A stretch of 64,000 nt of DNA from contig CBDDOO010000001.1 in assembly GCA_965231905.1 (NCBI GenBank), positions 696,235 through 760,234 of the forward strand, in the 5' to 3' direction. The position numbers and the translations under genes are program-made. The DNA comes from Arenicellales bacterium. GTDB lineage: Bacteria > Pseudomonadota > Gammaproteobacteria > Arenicellales > Poriferihabitantaceae. This document shows positions 37,546 to 47,011 of the stretch, piece after piece. Under the pieces are notes generated by a model. That model saw only the letters and a list, made by a program, of their open reading frames with translations. It searched no databases and was not told where the DNA came from. Numbering within the stretch: the stretch's first letter is position 1; the number at the start of each line of letters is the position of its first letter.

Positions 37546-38640
37546 ATGTGCGCGAACGCATGCTGGACACCCCTTGTGAAGATTGATCATCCACCTCTTG
37601 ATGTCGGAATTATTGGCGGTACCGGTTATACCGGGATGGAACTGCTGCGGCTGCTGGCCTTCCACCCTTGCGCTAATGTATTGTTCATCACCTCCCGCGA
37701 GGAGGCCGGGACCCCTGTCACAGAACCGTTTCCTTTCCTGCGGGGGAACTGTGACCTGGTTTTCACTGACCCGGCTGAAGCGGACCTGGAATCTTGCGAT
37801 CTGATATTCAGCGCGACTCCCGGCGGGGTGGCGATGAAACATGCCCGGTTGTTGATGGATCGCTCCGTCAAATTGATTGATTTGTCTGCGGATTTCCGCA
37901 TCCGGGATGTCGCTGTCTGGGAGCGTTGGTATGGACTCAGGCACGCTTGCCCGGAGCTGGTCAACGAGGCGGTTTACGGTCTGCCGGAAGTCCACCGGGA
38001 GTCGATTAAAACCGCCCGGCTGATTGCCAACCCTGGATGCTACCCGACCGTCATTCAACTGGGATTCCTGCCGCTGATCGAAAACCGGTTGATTGATGTC
38101 ACCACCCTGATCGCTGACGCCAAGTCCGGCGTCTCCGGCGCCGGCCGGGGATTGAGTCGGGCGACCGCGTTTTCTGAGGTAGCGGAATCGTTCAAGGCTT
38201 ATTCGGCATCGGGTCATCGTCACTTGCCGGAGATCAAACAGGGGTTGCAGGAAGCATCCGCCGACCCGGTTGAGCTGGTGTTCACGCCGCATTTGCTGCC
38301 GCTGATCCGGGGTATCCATGCGACCCTGTACGCCCGCCTGTCAAGAAAAGGCGCGGCGCTGGGCCTGGATCAGATCCAGCAGATTTTTATCGAGCGTTAC
38401 AGCGAAGAACCGTTTGTTGATGTGCTGGAGCCAGGACTGCATCCGGATACGCGCAGTGTCCGTGGTTCGAACCACTGTCGGTTATCGATTCATCGTCCAC
38501 AGGGTGGTGATACCATCGTTATCCTGGCAGTGGAAGACAATCTGGTAAAGGGCGCCGCCGGCCAGGCCATCCAGAACATGAACCTGATGTCAGGATTCGA
38601 AGAAACCACCGGCCTTACAGACATCGCGCTGGTCCCCTGA
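37546..38640 (+). CDS. argC: N-acetyl-gamma-glutamyl-phosphate reductase
   Basis: [18 protein letters not shown] and the active-site motif ANPGCYPT. The start is uncertain (ATG at 37546 or GTG at 37576). Confidence 0.9.
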   Translation: MCANACWTPLVKIDHPPLDVGIIGGTGYTGMELLRLLAFHPCANVLFITSREEAGTPVTEPFPFLRGNCDLVFTDPAEADLESCDLIFSATPGGVAMKHARLLMDRSVKLIDLSADFRIRDVAVWERWYGLRHACPELVNEAVYGLPEVHRESIKTARLIANPGCYPTVIQLGFLPLIENRLIDVTTLIADAKSGVSGAGRGLSRATAFSEVAESFKAYSASGHRHLPEIKQGLQEASADPVELVFTPHLLPLIRGIHATLYARLSRKGAALGLDQIQQIFIERYSEEPFVDVLEPGLHPDTRSVRGSNHCRLSIHRPQGGDTIVILAVEDNLVKGAAGQAIQNMNLMSGFEETTGLTDIALVP

Positions 38641-38717
38641 GCGTTTGATTCACGGGCCGGCTCCATCGGTTGTAGCCCCCCACCGGCTCTCCGGCGAGCT
38701 ACGCTCTTGTATCGCCG

Positions 38718-38737
38718 ACTCCCCTCAAGGAGGGAGT
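38718..38737. repeat. REP-like hairpin ACTCCCCTCAAGGAGGGAGT
   Basis: A stem-loop in the 163-nt gap after argC, with the same CTCCC...GGGAGTGA frame. Confidence 0.4.
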
Positions 38738-38803
38738 GATTATCGGTTGGTTCGGGTTCCATCGGTTGCGGGGGATGACGTTTGATGGGGGGCGCAGTAC
38801 CAG

Positions 38804-41344
38804 CTATCGGCTTGCCTGACGCCGTATCCGGATGAACACGCCCAGCATCATCACCAACAGCGGGCCGCTCAATACATTGATTACGGTCAGGCGGTGTCCC
38901 AGTTGGTCTATGCGTTGGCGAATTTGCAGTCGGATATTTCTCAAATCGCGCCGCATCGCGACCAGCTCGGATTGAACGGTTATGGCCTGTTCTTTCAACG
39001 GTGATGGCAGCGCGGACAAATCATTGACCCCGGCGACAGTGCGGATTTCGGCCAGTTGACGCTCAAGCTCTTCCACGTTTTGCCAGGTGGATTGCTCACT
39101 GCTCCTGATTTCCTTCTGAGTGTCCCTGAACAACTGTTCAACCCGGCTGAACGGACGGCTGGTCGGGCCTCTGGCCTGGATGGTCGTCAGCTGGCCCTCG
39201 CTGCCGGTTGCGATCATGTTGCCGAGAAACGCCAGATTATCGTTAATCGGCCGGGTCATCACACGGTCGCCCAACTGCGATGTCTGCAACGCGAATTGAT
39301 CGAATAACCAATCCACGTCAGCAATGGCGAAAACCCGCGGCTGTCCGGTGGAGGAGGCGCCCGCCACCGGATCGGATGACTGGAAGGCCGACTCGATTCT
39401 GCCGCTGATCAGGGCCGCCACCATCCGCTTGTGACCATCCGGCTCGAAGTCCCGGGCCAGAGCCGAGGGTGTCCGGGTGGCGTAGGTCAGGCGTGATTCC
39501 GACCCCGAATCGGCTGTAGCGCTGACCAGCGGGGTGAGGTTCGCGCCTTCGGGTGGATCGCCCGTAATTTCGAACCAGCCGGGTTCTATCAGCAACAGGT
39601 TGTCGAGGCTGGCTGTTCCGGCAAATCCGGATGCCATTTGCGCCCGGTTGAATCGCATCCAGTACGGGAAACTGACTCTGGAGTGGTCATCGCTGAGCGC
39701 GACCGGCGTGCCCAGTTCCCGGTCTCCCGCTATCCGGTCACCGACATATCTTAACCCCCAGGACAGAAGCAGGTCCGAAATATCGTTAATTTCCGCCGAT
39801 GGCTGGAATTGCAGTTCATTGCTGGCCTGATCAGACCGGACATACGGATCCATCATCACAATCAATGTACCGCCCTCGACCACGAATCGGTCAATCGCCC
39901 GTAACATCGCTTTCTTCAGCACGGCGCTTTGCACCACGATCAGTACGTCGATATTTTCCGGTAGCCGCTCATCAAAAAAAGGAACCAGCGCCAGATTGTG
40001 GCTGCGCTTCAATTCCTCTACAAATGACAGCCCGACACGGGGATTGTTCAGCGAGCCGGGCGGAATCAGCGGCCCGAGCAGGGCAATCCGGCTTGAATCC
40101 TCCCGGATGACCTGACGGACAGATGAAATCAAATCGTATTCCAGAAAATGCTCGCGTTGAATGTCGAGATACGGCAGCGTCTTCACCCGTTGCCGGTACT
40201 CAATCGTCATGCCCAGATAAAAAGTGTCTCCGGATGACATCGGAACGGATTGCAACCCGGAGCGGATTGCGAGCAATTCGGCATCGGTATCCGGCACAGG
40301 GTCAATTTCCTCGATTTTCAGATTCCCTCCACTGTGCCAGACAAGTCGTTCCAGCAGGTTTTTTGTCCGGCGCGCATGCGACTGGATAGCTACCGGCACG
40401 TTGCCCTGGCTGGCGCTCCAGAAAAACCGGACCCGGGTCCCATCCGGTGTTCGGACCAGCTCATCCAGGGTCGCGTCGCTTAAGGTAAATTCCTTCTGTT
40501 CGGTCAGGTCCAGGTTGATCGGTAAACCGGCGGCAAGAGCCTGTATCACTGCGAGTGTGATGGCAAAAGGCAGAACGGAGCGCGCCATCCGAAGCAGTTC
40601 CCTGTGCGGGGGGCCGATTCGCCGGGTGGCTACTGTCACCGAGCAGACGACCAGGGCCAGCGTGGTCAGGAACAGGAAATAACTCAAATCGGACAGCGTC
40701 ACAAACCCGGAGCAGAGCGCGTCGAAATGAGCACCCGGGGCGAGCGAGTTGAGCCATTCAAGCGCCTTTGGTGAGGCAATATTAGTGAGCAGTGAGTCAA
40801 ATTCCGATGAGCCGAAAATCATCATTGTGAACAGTACAAGTACGCTGACTGTGAAAACCGAAACCGGCTCTTCCAGAATGGCTGCAAGCATAAGCGAAAT
40901 GGCCAGGTACAGGGCCAGCAGCAGGAATGCGGCCAGCCAGGCGGAGAACACCACTCCCGGATCCGGTTCACCCAGATAAGCCAGCGTGATCGGGAAGGGC
41001 AACGTGAACAGCAGGACAACCGCGATGACGGCAAGGCCGGCGAAAAATTTACCACTGACCAGTTCTGCATCGTTGACTGGCAACGTCATCGCCAGTTCGA
41101 CGCTGCGGTCAGTGTACTCGTCCGGCCATGATCGCATGGCCAGCGCCGGCATGAAAATCAGCCCGAGCCACGGAATGAATATTTGCCAGGTTCGCATGCT
41201 GGCTTCGTCGGTGGTATAGAAATCCGCCACCATGAATACGCAAAGGTTGAGCGATACCAGCAGCCCGGCTATAAAAATGCAGGTTAGCGGGGAATAGAAG
41301 AGGATGCGCAATTCATGCCGGGTAACTGCGATAACCCGCGTCAT
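38804..41344 (-). CDS. fused ABC-2-type permease / GldG-like auxiliary protein
   Basis: The N-terminal ~250 aa form a multi-TM ABC-2 permease. This is followed by a large periplasmic GldG-like domain and a C-terminal TM anchor. The ATG at 41344 is preferred to the TTG at 41371. Confidence 0.65.
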   Translation of the reverse strand: MTRVIAVTRHELRILFYSPLTCIFIAGLLVSLNLCVFMVADFYTTDEASMRTWQIFIPWLGLIFMPALAMRSWPDEYTDRSVELAMTLPVNDAELVSGKFFAGLAVIAVVLLFTLPFPITLAYLGEPDPGVVFSAWLAAFLLLALYLAISLMLAAILEEPVSVFTVSVLVLFTMMIFGSSEFDSLLTNIASPKALEWLNSLAPGAHFDALCSGFVTLSDLSYFLFLTTLALVVCSVTVATRRIGPPHRELLRMARSVLPFAITLAVIQALAAGLPINLDLTEQKEFTLSDATLDELVRTPDGTRVRFFWSASQGNVPVAIQSHARRTKNLLERLVWHSGGNLKIEEIDPVPDTDAELLAIRSGLQSVPMSSGDTFYLGMTIEYRQRVKTLPYLDIQREHFLEYDLISSVRQVIREDSSRIALLGPLIPPGSLNNPRVGLSFVEELKRSHNLALVPFFDERLPENIDVLIVVQSAVLKKAMLRAIDRFVVEGGTLIVMMDPYVRSDQASNELQFQPSAEINDISDLLLSWGLRYVGDRIAGDRELGTPVALSDDHSRVSFPYWMRFNRAQMASGFAGTASLDNLLLIEPGWFEITGDPPEGANLTPLVSATADSGSESRLTYATRTPSALARDFEPDGHKRMVAALISGRIESAFQSSDPVAGASSTGQPRVFAIADVDWLFDQFALQTSQLGDRVMTRPINDNLAFLGNMIATGSEGQLTTIQARGPTSRPFSRVEQLFRDTQKEIRSSEQSTWQNVEELERQLAEIRTVAGVNDLSALPSPLKEQAITVQSELVAMRRDLRNIRLQIRQRIDQLGHRLTVINVLSGPLLVMMLGVFIRIRRQASR

Positions 41345-41367
41345 GCACTCCCTGCCGACAGACAGTT

Positions 41368-42081
41368 TCAAGCGACCAGCCTGTGAAACGAAGGAGCCAG
41401 ACTGCCCCGGTCATCAACCAGGTCGGCCACCGCCCGGTCGGCGACGATGACTCCATGATCAATAATGATGGCGCGATCACAGATCTGCTCCGCTTCTTCG
41501 AGTATATGGGTGGAAAGAATAATCGTCCGGCTCGTGGACAGCCTGGTGATCAGATTCCGGATCTGGTGTTTCTGTATCGGGTCCAGTCCATCGGTCGGCT
41601 CGTCCAGAATCAGCGCCGGCGGATCATGCAGCAGGGCCTGGGTCAGCCAGACCCGTTGCCTCCAGCCTTTGGAAAGATGGCGCAGGGGGGTGGACATCAC
41701 ACTGCCGAGATCCAGTTCCATACAACCCCGATCAATAGCCTGTTTTGCCCGATGGCCAGACATTCCCCGGGCTTCGCTGCAAAACGTGAGGAATTCGGTG
41801 GTGGTCAGGCGCCCGAATCCACCGGCCGCCTCGGGCAGATAACCGGTCATACTCTGGGCCTGACGCCGCTGACGCACCACGTCAAAACCGGCAATGGATG
41901 CGTTGCCTGAGGCGGGAACGCGGAAGCCGGCCAGCATCCGCATGGTCGAGGACTTGCCTGCGCCGTTGGCTCCCAGAAAGCCCACTGTCGAGCCTTTCGG
42001 AATGGAAAAACTGACTTCCGATACGGCGGTTTTACCGCCGTATCGGATCGTTAATTTGTCGGCGATGATCAGAGCGCTCAC
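41368..42081 (-). CDS. ABC transporter ATP-binding protein (ABC-2 / GldA-like)
   Basis: Walker A GANGAGKSS, signature LSKGWRQRV, Walker B LILDEPTDGLD. Confidence 0.88.
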   Translation of the reverse strand: MSALIIADKLTIRYGGKTAVSEVSFSIPKGSTVGFLGANGAGKSSTMRMLAGFRVPASGNASIAGFDVVRQRRQAQSMTGYLPEAAGGFGRLTTTEFLTFCSEARGMSGHRAKQAIDRGCMELDLGSVMSTPLRHLSKGWRQRVWLTQALLHDPPALILDEPTDGLDPIQKHQIRNLITRLSTSRTIILSTHILEEAEQICDRAIIIDHGVIVADRAVADLVDDRGSLAPSFHRLVA

Positions 42082-42270
42082 TCAGTCATTGAGAAATCCG
42101 GCGATAATGAACAGCAAAACACTGCATCCGGTCACAATATATCCCGCCATGCTCCATTGCCTGCGTTGTGCCACTTGCCGGGCCGGGCGGCTGGCGAACG
42201 TCACGATTGCAGCTCCGATTATGGCAAGGGCAAAAACCACCTTGCGCTGGGTAAGAAAGTCGAGCAGCAC
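42082..42270 (-). CDS. small membrane protein (62 aa, two predicted TM helices)
   Basis: It is wedged with 3-nt and 0-nt gaps between two ABC ATPase genes. GTG start, hydrophobic sequence. Confidence 0.4.
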   Translation of the reverse strand: MLLDFLTQRKVVFALAIIGAAIVTFASRPARQVAQRRQWSMAGYIVTGCSVLLFIIAGFLND

Positions 42271-42273
42271 GGG

Positions 42274-43161
42274 TTAATCCTGTTTGGTAAAAGCTTCGAG
42301 CAGCCCGGATGACTGATCGGTTTGCTCGCCCTTGAAACTCTTCATCGCTTCTTCATGCAATATCTCCAGGGCGGTCGCCTTGTATTGGTATGCTTCCCTG
42401 GAGTTCAGCATGTGGAAGTCCCGCGGACGCGGCAGGTCGATATTAATCGTGTGCCTGACCTGTGCCGGTCGGTTTGACAGGATGATCAGTTTATCGGCCA
42501 GAATGATCGCTTCTTCGATTTCTGACGTCACAAACAGGTTGGTGCGCCTGTTTTCTTCAAACAGTTGCAGGAAGAACTGTTGCATCAGTTCTCGTGTCAT
42601 CGCGTCGAGACCCCGGAACGGCTCATCCATGATCAGTACCTGGGGATGGTTGATAATGGCTCTCGCCAGTTCAGCCCGGCGCTGCATTCCGCCTGACAGT
42701 TGAATCTGGTATTTGTCCTTGAAATCACTCAGGCCGACCTTGTCGAGCAGCCGGATCGCTTCTTCATGCAGTTCTTTTTTCGGCATGTCGCCGCGTACTT
42801 TTGGTCCGAACACGATGTTCTGGTAGGTTGTCATCCAGGGCATCAGGGCGGTTTCCTGAAATACCACCATGCGATCATGCGACGGGCCTGTAATCCGGTT
42901 GCCATTCAGCAGCAGTTTGCCGGATTCCGGTTTCTCGAATCCGGCGACCAGGTTAACCAGGGTTGATTTTCCGCAGCCCGACGCGCCGACCACTGCGGTC
43001 AGTTTGCCCGGTTCGATTTCCATGCTGAGATTGAGTACGACATCGTGCCAATCCCACGATTCGCCGTAGCCCTTGCTGACGTTGCGCAGTTCGATGTGGC
43101 CGTTTTCCGGGCTGATCACGGAGGCGGCGTTCCTGGGTTCGGGTTTTGAATTCGCAGTCAT
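42274..43161 (-). CDS. ABC transporter ATP-binding protein (NitT/TauT family), copy 1
   Basis: GASGCGKST, LSGGMQRRA, LIMDEPFRGLD. The ATG at 43161 shares one base with the upstream permease stop. Confidence 0.88.
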   Translation of the reverse strand: MTANSKPEPRNAASVISPENGHIELRNVSKGYGESWDWHDVVLNLSMEIEPGKLTAVVGASGCGKSTLVNLVAGFEKPESGKLLLNGNRITGPSHDRMVVFQETALMPWMTTYQNIVFGPKVRGDMPKKELHEEAIRLLDKVGLSDFKDKYQIQLSGGMQRRAELARAIINHPQVLIMDEPFRGLDAMTRELMQQFFLQLFEENRRTNLFVTSEIEEAIILADKLIILSNRPAQVRHTINIDLPRPRDFHMLNSREAYQYKATALEILHEEAMKSFKGEQTDQSSGLLEAFTKQD

Positions 43162-43988
43162 CAGAACAGTCTTCGCCACGGCATGCAGTAATCACCCAGG
43201 GTGCGGATGGCGCTGCTCGACAGATATCCGGCAATGCCGATACTGATCATGCCGACCACGATCTGCTCCAGAGAACCGCCCATATAGGAATTCCAGATAA
43301 AGAAGCCGAGACCGCCGCCGCCCTGGGTGCCGCCGCCGGAAATCATTTCCGCCGCCACCACCACTTCCCAGGTGATACCCATGCCTACGGCGGCCCCGGT
43401 GAAGATCGAGGGCAGGGATGCCGGCAAGACGATTCGCCAGAACATGTCCCATCGGGTAGCGCCCATCGACTGGGCAGAGCGGAGCAGCCGGATGTCGATA
43501 CTCCTGGCGCCACCAAGCACATTGATTACAACCGTGAAGAACGCGCCGAGAAAGGTCACGAACGCGATTGATAATTCGTTGGTTGGCCAGAAGATCAGCG
43601 ATGCCGGTACCCATGCCAGTGGCGGGATCGGTCGCAGCATTTCAAATGGCGGGAAAAATATCTTCCGGAAGTAACGGTTGACAGCCATCAGCAGGCCGAG
43701 CGGGATACCCACCGCCATCGCGGCCAGAAATCCGAGCAAAACCCGTCTGAAACTCAAATACCAGCTTTCCCAGTAGCCAACCAGCGGAATAACTTCAGTC
43801 CAGGCGAGAAACACCGCTGTCGGTGGTGGGATCAGTCCGATAAACGGCAGCATCGTTCCAGACCAATCGTCCCATCGTGAACCCGTCTCCCACAGTATCA
43901 GCGCGATCATGACGGCTCTAATGCCGCGCCACAGCGAGAGATTCTGTCGCAGTTTCTGCCATCGTGTGCGTCGAACTGTGGTCATCAT
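43161..43988 (-). CDS. ABC transporter permease (NitT/TauT family), copy 1
   Basis: Binding-protein-dependent transport inner-membrane motif (SAQSMGATRWDMFWRIVLP). The ATG at 43988 is preceded by AGGAG. Confidence 0.85.
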   Translation of the reverse strand: MMTTVRRTRWQKLRQNLSLWRGIRAVMIALILWETGSRWDDWSGTMLPFIGLIPPPTAVFLAWTEVIPLVGYWESWYLSFRRVLLGFLAAMAVGIPLGLLMAVNRYFRKIFFPPFEMLRPIPPLAWVPASLIFWPTNELSIAFVTFLGAFFTVVINVLGGARSIDIRLLRSAQSMGATRWDMFWRIVLPASLPSIFTGAAVGMGITWEVVVAAEMISGGGTQGGGGLGFFIWNSYMGGSLEQIVVGMISIGIAGYLSSSAIRTLGDYCMPWRRLF

Positions 43989-44045
43989 CGCTCCTTCAGA
44001 AATATCCGGCTTCTGTTTCCATGTCAAGGTTACTGTGTCTGTTCA

Positions 44046-44879
44046 TCAGGCCAGTTCCCGCTCGCCCGCTTCGAACGCTTTCAGCGCCTCTTCATGCACG
44101 GCCTCATTCGCCTCATCAGCCAGCAAGCGGAATTGCTCCGAGGACAGAACATGGTAATCACGCGGGCGCGGTATCTCTACGTTGAGTATTTTTTTAACCC
44201 GGCACGGTCGGGTGGTCATGACCACCACCCGGTCACCGAGGAATATGGCTTCCTCCAGGTCATGGGTAATAAAAAACAGGGTGACTCTGGTGCGATCATA
44301 CATTTCAAGCAGGGTTTCGTGCATGATGGACTTGGTCAGTTCGTCCATGGCCCGGTACGGTTCATCCAGCAACAGGACTTTCGGATCATTGATCAGCGCC
44401 CGGACGATTTCCGCGCGCCGCGCCATCCCGGACGAGACTTCTCCGGGGTATTTTTCGCAAAAGTCACCCAGTCCGGCTTCAGCCAGCATGTCCCGCGCCT
44501 TCTCCCCGGCCTGCTTTTTGCTCAGCAATCCCTGTACGATCGGGCCATAAGCGACATTGTCAGACAGGGTTTTCCAGGGGAACAGGGCGCCATTCTGGAA
44601 CACTACCACACGGTCCGAGCCCTGGTCGGCGAGAGGCCTGGATGGGCCGCACAACAGTTCTCCGTCAAGATGGATTTCACCTGAGGTGATCGAATGAAAC
44701 CCCGCAATCGCGTTCAGCAGGGTGGTTTTTCCACAGCCACTCGGACCGACCACCATGCAGACTTCTCCTGCCGCGATTTCCAGCGAGCAGTCGTCCACCG
44801 CCATCACATTGACCCCTTCCGGATCGTAGATCTTGGTGACGCTGCGAATGCTTATTTCGCCTTTGCCTGTTTCGGTCAA
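44046..44879 (-). CDS. ABC transporter ATP-binding protein (NitT/TauT family), copy 2
   Basis: GPSGCGKTT, VSSGMARRA, LLLDEPYRAMD. TTG start implied. Confidence 0.85.
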   Translation of the reverse strand: MTETGKGEISIRSVTKIYDPEGVNVMAVDDCSLEIAAGEVCMVVGPSGCGKTTLLNAIAGFHSITSGEIHLDGELLCGPSRPLADQGSDRVVVFQNGALFPWKTLSDNVAYGPIVQGLLSKKQAGEKARDMLAEAGLGDFCEKYPGEVSSGMARRAEIVRALINDPKVLLLDEPYRAMDELTKSIMHETLLEMYDRTRVTLFFITHDLEEAIFLGDRVVVMTTRPCRVKKILNVEIPRPRDYHVLSSEQFRLLADEANEAVHEEALKAFEAGERELA

Positions 44880-44897
44880 GTCATTGTCCCATGGGTA

Positions 44898-45776
44898 TTA
44901 TCTGTTTTCCATAGCCAGCGCGCGGGTGCGCCACTGCATCATCCGGTTGCCGACCATTCGCACCATCACCGAAGTCAGCCAGCCCACAAAGCCGAGAGTA
45001 ATCATGCCGATCACCATTGGAACGGTGACATTATTCATGTAGGCAGCCACAATCAGATACCCCAGCCCATAGTCTCCGGAAACCATCTCGGCTGCAACCA
45101 GGGAAAACCAGGCGACCCCGATACTGATCTGCAAGCCGGTGAACATGAACGGCAGCGCTCCCGGAACCACCACGTTCCAGAAGATATGACGGGGTTTGGA
45201 ACCGAGACAGCCGGCGGCGCGGAAATAGGATTCATCAATGGAGTTGACACCGAGCAGGGTGTTCAATGTCGTGACGAACAGCGAAGCCAGCGTAGCCAGG
45301 AATATGACCGGCGCCTCAAACCCCTTGAACATCAGGATGGATAATGGCACCCATGCCAGAATCGGTATCGGCCGCAGGATTTCGAGGAGCGGGAATGTGT
45401 AGTCGCGGAACTTCCGCGACCAGCCCATGAACAGGCCAAGCGGCACCCCGATTCCGGTCGCAATCAAAAAGGCAAAGAAGATGCGGCGGCAACTGACATA
45501 AATGTGCTCGTAGAATTCCTCGGTGAATACCGATATTCCGAGGAACGGTTCCGGTGAGAACAACTCTTTCATCACCACCACCGGACCGGGCATTTTTTCG
45601 AATCGGGGAACCTCGAACGCTTCGCACAATATCCACCACAGCCCGATCCAGAGGCCAATTCCGAGAACCATCAGGTACGGGCCGGATGTTCCCATACGCT
45701 GGCGGAAGCGCACTAAAAAGATGGCTGCGTTACCGGGTGGGCGCCTGTTTGATTGTGCGGGTGCAGTGTTATCCAT
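44898..45776 (-). CDS. ABC transporter permease (NitT/TauT family), copy 2
   Basis: AAGCLGSKPRHIFWNVVVP loop and six TM segments. Confidence 0.85.
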   Translation of the reverse strand: MDNTAPAQSNRRPPGNAAIFLVRFRQRMGTSGPYLMVLGIGLWIGLWWILCEAFEVPRFEKMPGPVVVMKELFSPEPFLGISVFTEEFYEHIYVSCRRIFFAFLIATGIGVPLGLFMGWSRKFRDYTFPLLEILRPIPILAWVPLSILMFKGFEAPVIFLATLASLFVTTLNTLLGVNSIDESYFRAAGCLGSKPRHIFWNVVVPGALPFMFTGLQISIGVAWFSLVAAEMVSGDYGLGYLIVAAYMNNVTVPMVIGMITLGFVGWLTSVMVRMVGNRMMQWRTRALAMENR

Positions 45777-45810
45777 GTCTCGATTACTGATATTATGTTA
45801 CTACGGTATC

Positions 45811-45846
45811 GGCATCCCCGCCCAAATCCGTCAGGGCAGGGATGCC
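45811..45846 (-). terminator. intercistronic stem-loop after the binding-protein gene
   Basis: An 8-bp stem (GGCATCCC / GGGATGCC) sits in the 83-nt gap between the binding-protein and permease genes. Confidence 0.35.
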
Positions 45847-45859
45847 CGTGTGCCCGAAA

Positions 45860-46993
45860 TCAGTTCATTGAAGCCTTGATTACGGCAAGCGGACTGGTCA
45901 GACCCCGTTCTTCAAGAATCTGTCGAGCCACGCTGTCAGATACGCCGCCATCGCGGATAGTCGGCGCTGCAGCGGGTTTTTTCGGCAGGCTGTAAAGGAA
46001 CGCGGTGGCGTTGTCGAGCAAGGTCTGTACGCGCTCGGTCACGATGAAATCAAGTTGTACCTTGACTTCGCCGCCACCCTGGTTGGCAGGCCAGCCACCG
46101 AACATCGCATGCCACAGCACCGACTGGTCAATTTTCTCGGTCTGGGATTCGGCCAGCGCCGCAACTTCATCCGCATTGGCTGGATCTGCCATGAAAAGCT
46201 GTGCGTCCAGTTCAGCTTCCAGCCAGCCCTTGTGCACGTCCGGCCGTTGCGAGATCAGGTCGTTCAGCATGACCATGAACGCGCCATCCAGCGCATCGAA
46301 ATCTTCGCCACTGGCCGCGCGCCGGGCGATACCGGACATGACGATCTTGGATGCGGTGGGTTCCCAGATTGCCGCCGCGTCGAGTTTGCCGGCGCGGAAG
46401 TTGGTGGTAATGACCTCAATGTTCTGGTTCAGGTAACGCTCTGGAGTAATCCCCGCTTTCTGGAACGCCAGTTGGGCGAACCGGTCGGTACAGGCGCCAT
46501 GAGGGGCGGAGGTGATCTTGCCGTCCATCCACTTGACTGCTTCGCCGCCATTGGCGAATTCAGGCGCGTCGTTGCGTACCAGGAAAATGTTGCACTGTTG
46601 TTTGGATGTGCCCAGAGCCGCGACGATACGCATGTCTGTACCGCCCCGTTCCTTGATATTGCGGAAAGTCGAGGCAATCGCGGGCATGTCGCCCATGTAA
46701 CCGATGTGCTGCTTTTCGCCGGTCATGGCGTTGACGATAACCGAACCCTGTAACCCGATCTGAAACTCGACGGTTGAACCTTCCGGTAAATACTTTTTCC
46801 ATAATTGCTTACCGTTGTTGACTACTCCAGACCAGGATTCCGTGTAATAAGGCTGGTAACCCACGACCAGATCAACCTCCTCACCCGGGTTCCCGAAATC
46901 GACATCGGCTGACGCCATTTGTGACACGCCGGTTGCCAGTACACAGGCGGCTCCCAGCCTTGTTATTAAACTTGCATACGATTTTCTCATCAT
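45860..46993 (-). CDS. ABC transporter periplasmic substrate-binding protein (NMT1/TauA-like)
   Basis: Signal peptide MMRKSYASLITRLGAACVLATGVSQMASA. It lies 18 nt downstream of the reductase gene. It could be the MsmE equivalent (inference). Confidence 0.75.
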   Translation of the reverse strand: MMRKSYASLITRLGAACVLATGVSQMASADVDFGNPGEEVDLVVGYQPYYTESWSGVVNNGKQLWKKYLPEGSTVEFQIGLQGSVIVNAMTGEKQHIGYMGDMPAIASTFRNIKERGGTDMRIVAALGTSKQQCNIFLVRNDAPEFANGGEAVKWMDGKITSAPHGACTDRFAQLAFQKAGITPERYLNQNIEVITTNFRAGKLDAAAIWEPTASKIVMSGIARRAASGEDFDALDGAFMVMLNDLISQRPDVHKGWLEAELDAQLFMADPANADEVAALAESQTEKIDQSVLWHAMFGGWPANQGGGEVKVQLDFIVTERVQTLLDNATAFLYSLPKKPAAAPTIRDGGVSDSVARQILEERGLTSPLAVIKASMN

Positions 46994-47011
46994 TTTCTCC
47001 TATTGGTAGTA

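Noticed and set aside
37354-38319. 321-aa ORF on the - strand
   Set aside because: It is antisense to argC and overlaps the yggS 5' end. It is Arg/Pro/Gln-rich with no motifs.
38745-38765. tRNA T-arm-like string GGTTCGGGTTCC
   Set aside because: The surrounding ~80 nt cannot be folded into an acceptor stem, D arm or anticodon arm. I therefore did not call a tRNA.
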